Assembly: GCA_005883955.1 (NCBI GenBank)
Contig: VAXH01000071.1
Coordinates: 11,401-75,400 of the forward strand
Direction of reading: 5' to 3'
DNA from: Actinomycetota bacterium
GTDB taxonomy: Bacteria; Actinomycetota; Thermoleophilia; Gaiellales; Gaiellaceae
Length of the DNA: 64,000 bases
Made by a program: the position numbers and the translations under genes. A model generated the notes under the pieces. It was not told the origin of the DNA, did not search any database, and saw only the letters and a program-made list of their open reading frames with translations. Of this stretch, positions 63,438-64,000 are shown in pieces (within the stretch, counting starts at the first letter, position 1; each line of letters opens with the position of its first letter).

Positions 63438-64000
63438 CCGAGGGTCTCTTGCCGTCGCTCGCGCCGGTCGAAGACCGTCACCGTCTCGTAGCCGGCCGCC
63501 CGCGCAAGCTCGATTGCGCGATCGAGGTCGCGGCCGACGTTCTGCGGAACGTGCGCGTCCGAAGCAAGCGTGATCGGCACTCCCCGAGCGTGACAGGCCT
63601 CGAGCAGCGGCGGATCGGGATAAAGCTCGCCGACCGGCTTGTGCAGACCGGCCGAAGAGACTTCGATGCAGACGCCTGCGGCTTCGATCGCGTCGGCCGT
63701 CTCCTCGTGCAGCCACCGGACCGCCTCCGCGTCCGGCCGTGGTCCGTGGTGCTTGGCGAGGTCGGGATGAGCTAGGGAGTCGAACAGTCCGCTTCGCGCG
63801 GCGTTCCGCAGCCAGACGAAGTAGCGGCGCCAGGCCTCGTGCGGGCCGACCTTCTCGACGAGGCCGGGCTCTTGGTCGACCGGGAAGCCGTCGACGTAAT
63901 GAACCGAGCCGAGCAGGTAGTCCCACGGATAGGGGGCGAGTGCATCCGCGGTCTCGCGCTCGCGGCCGACGACGTAGTCGACCTCGAGCCCCAGTTTGAC
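63434..64000 (-). CDS. PHP-domain phosphoesterase (histidinol-phosphatase HisJ family-like), 5' end beyond the window
   Basis: I translated this by hand; it is not in the ORF track because it runs off the window. ...LGLEVDYV...LLGSVHYVDGFPVD...FDSLAHPDL...ITLASDAHVPQNVGRDL...TVFDRRERRQETLG, stop at 63434-63436. Confidence 0.7.
   Translation of the reverse strand, partial: VKLGLEVDYVVGRERETADALAPYPWDYLLGSVHYVDGFPVDQEPGLVEKVGPHEAWRRYFVWLRNAARSGLFDSLAHPDLAKHHGPRPDAEAVRWLHEETADAIEAAGVCIEVSSAGLHKPVGELYPDPPLLEACHARGVPITLASDAHVPQNVGRDLDRAIELARAAGYETVTVFDRRERRQETLG

Overview
This is a high-GC (about 70%), tightly packed chromosomal core segment of actinobacterial type. I called about 70 genes plus 2 tRNAs and an SRP RNA. 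All calls rest on reading the ORF track and DNA and recognising family motifs; no database search was run.

Gene content in order:
- tRNA-Val, SRP RNA (ffs), and dnaX-ybaB-recR with an extra cNMP-binding gene inserted.
- ask-lysA-asd.
- An Asp23 / GNAT-like / metallophosphoesterase trio.
- A non-classical succinate dehydrogenase (sdhA, sdhB, HdrB-like CCG subunit).
- pckA, then two adjacent Xer-type tyrosine recombinases followed by a microprotein gene and a 110-bp structured tandem repeat.
- A TCA block: citrate synthase, icd, mdh, and sucC-methyltransferase-sucD.
- Acyl-CoA carboxylase alpha and beta subunits.
- c-di-GMP genes: GGDEF/HD-GYP, GGDEF, and a stand-alone MshEN-like domain.
- An Rrf2 regulator and a sulfate ABC operon.
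- An orphan clpP coupled to an unknown Cys/His protein.
- tRNA-Thr and a sulfite-oxidase-like enzyme.
- A Firmicute-like gltX-cysS-rlmB-yacP-sigH block, then mutY, ispF and a PHP phosphatase.

I saw no CRISPR array, rRNA, transposase or obvious prophage or defence island.

The most striking window-wide signal is that at least six conserved genes (ask, an aminotransferase, sucC, sbp, a Cys/Met PLP enzyme, rlmB) lack 40-130 nt relative to their family pattern. Four of these also shift frame. Three loci carry short structured duplications with periods of 72, 93 and 110 nt that copy gene 3' ends. This is either unusual indel biology or an assembly artefact, and it needs read-level checking before any pseudogene call is trusted.
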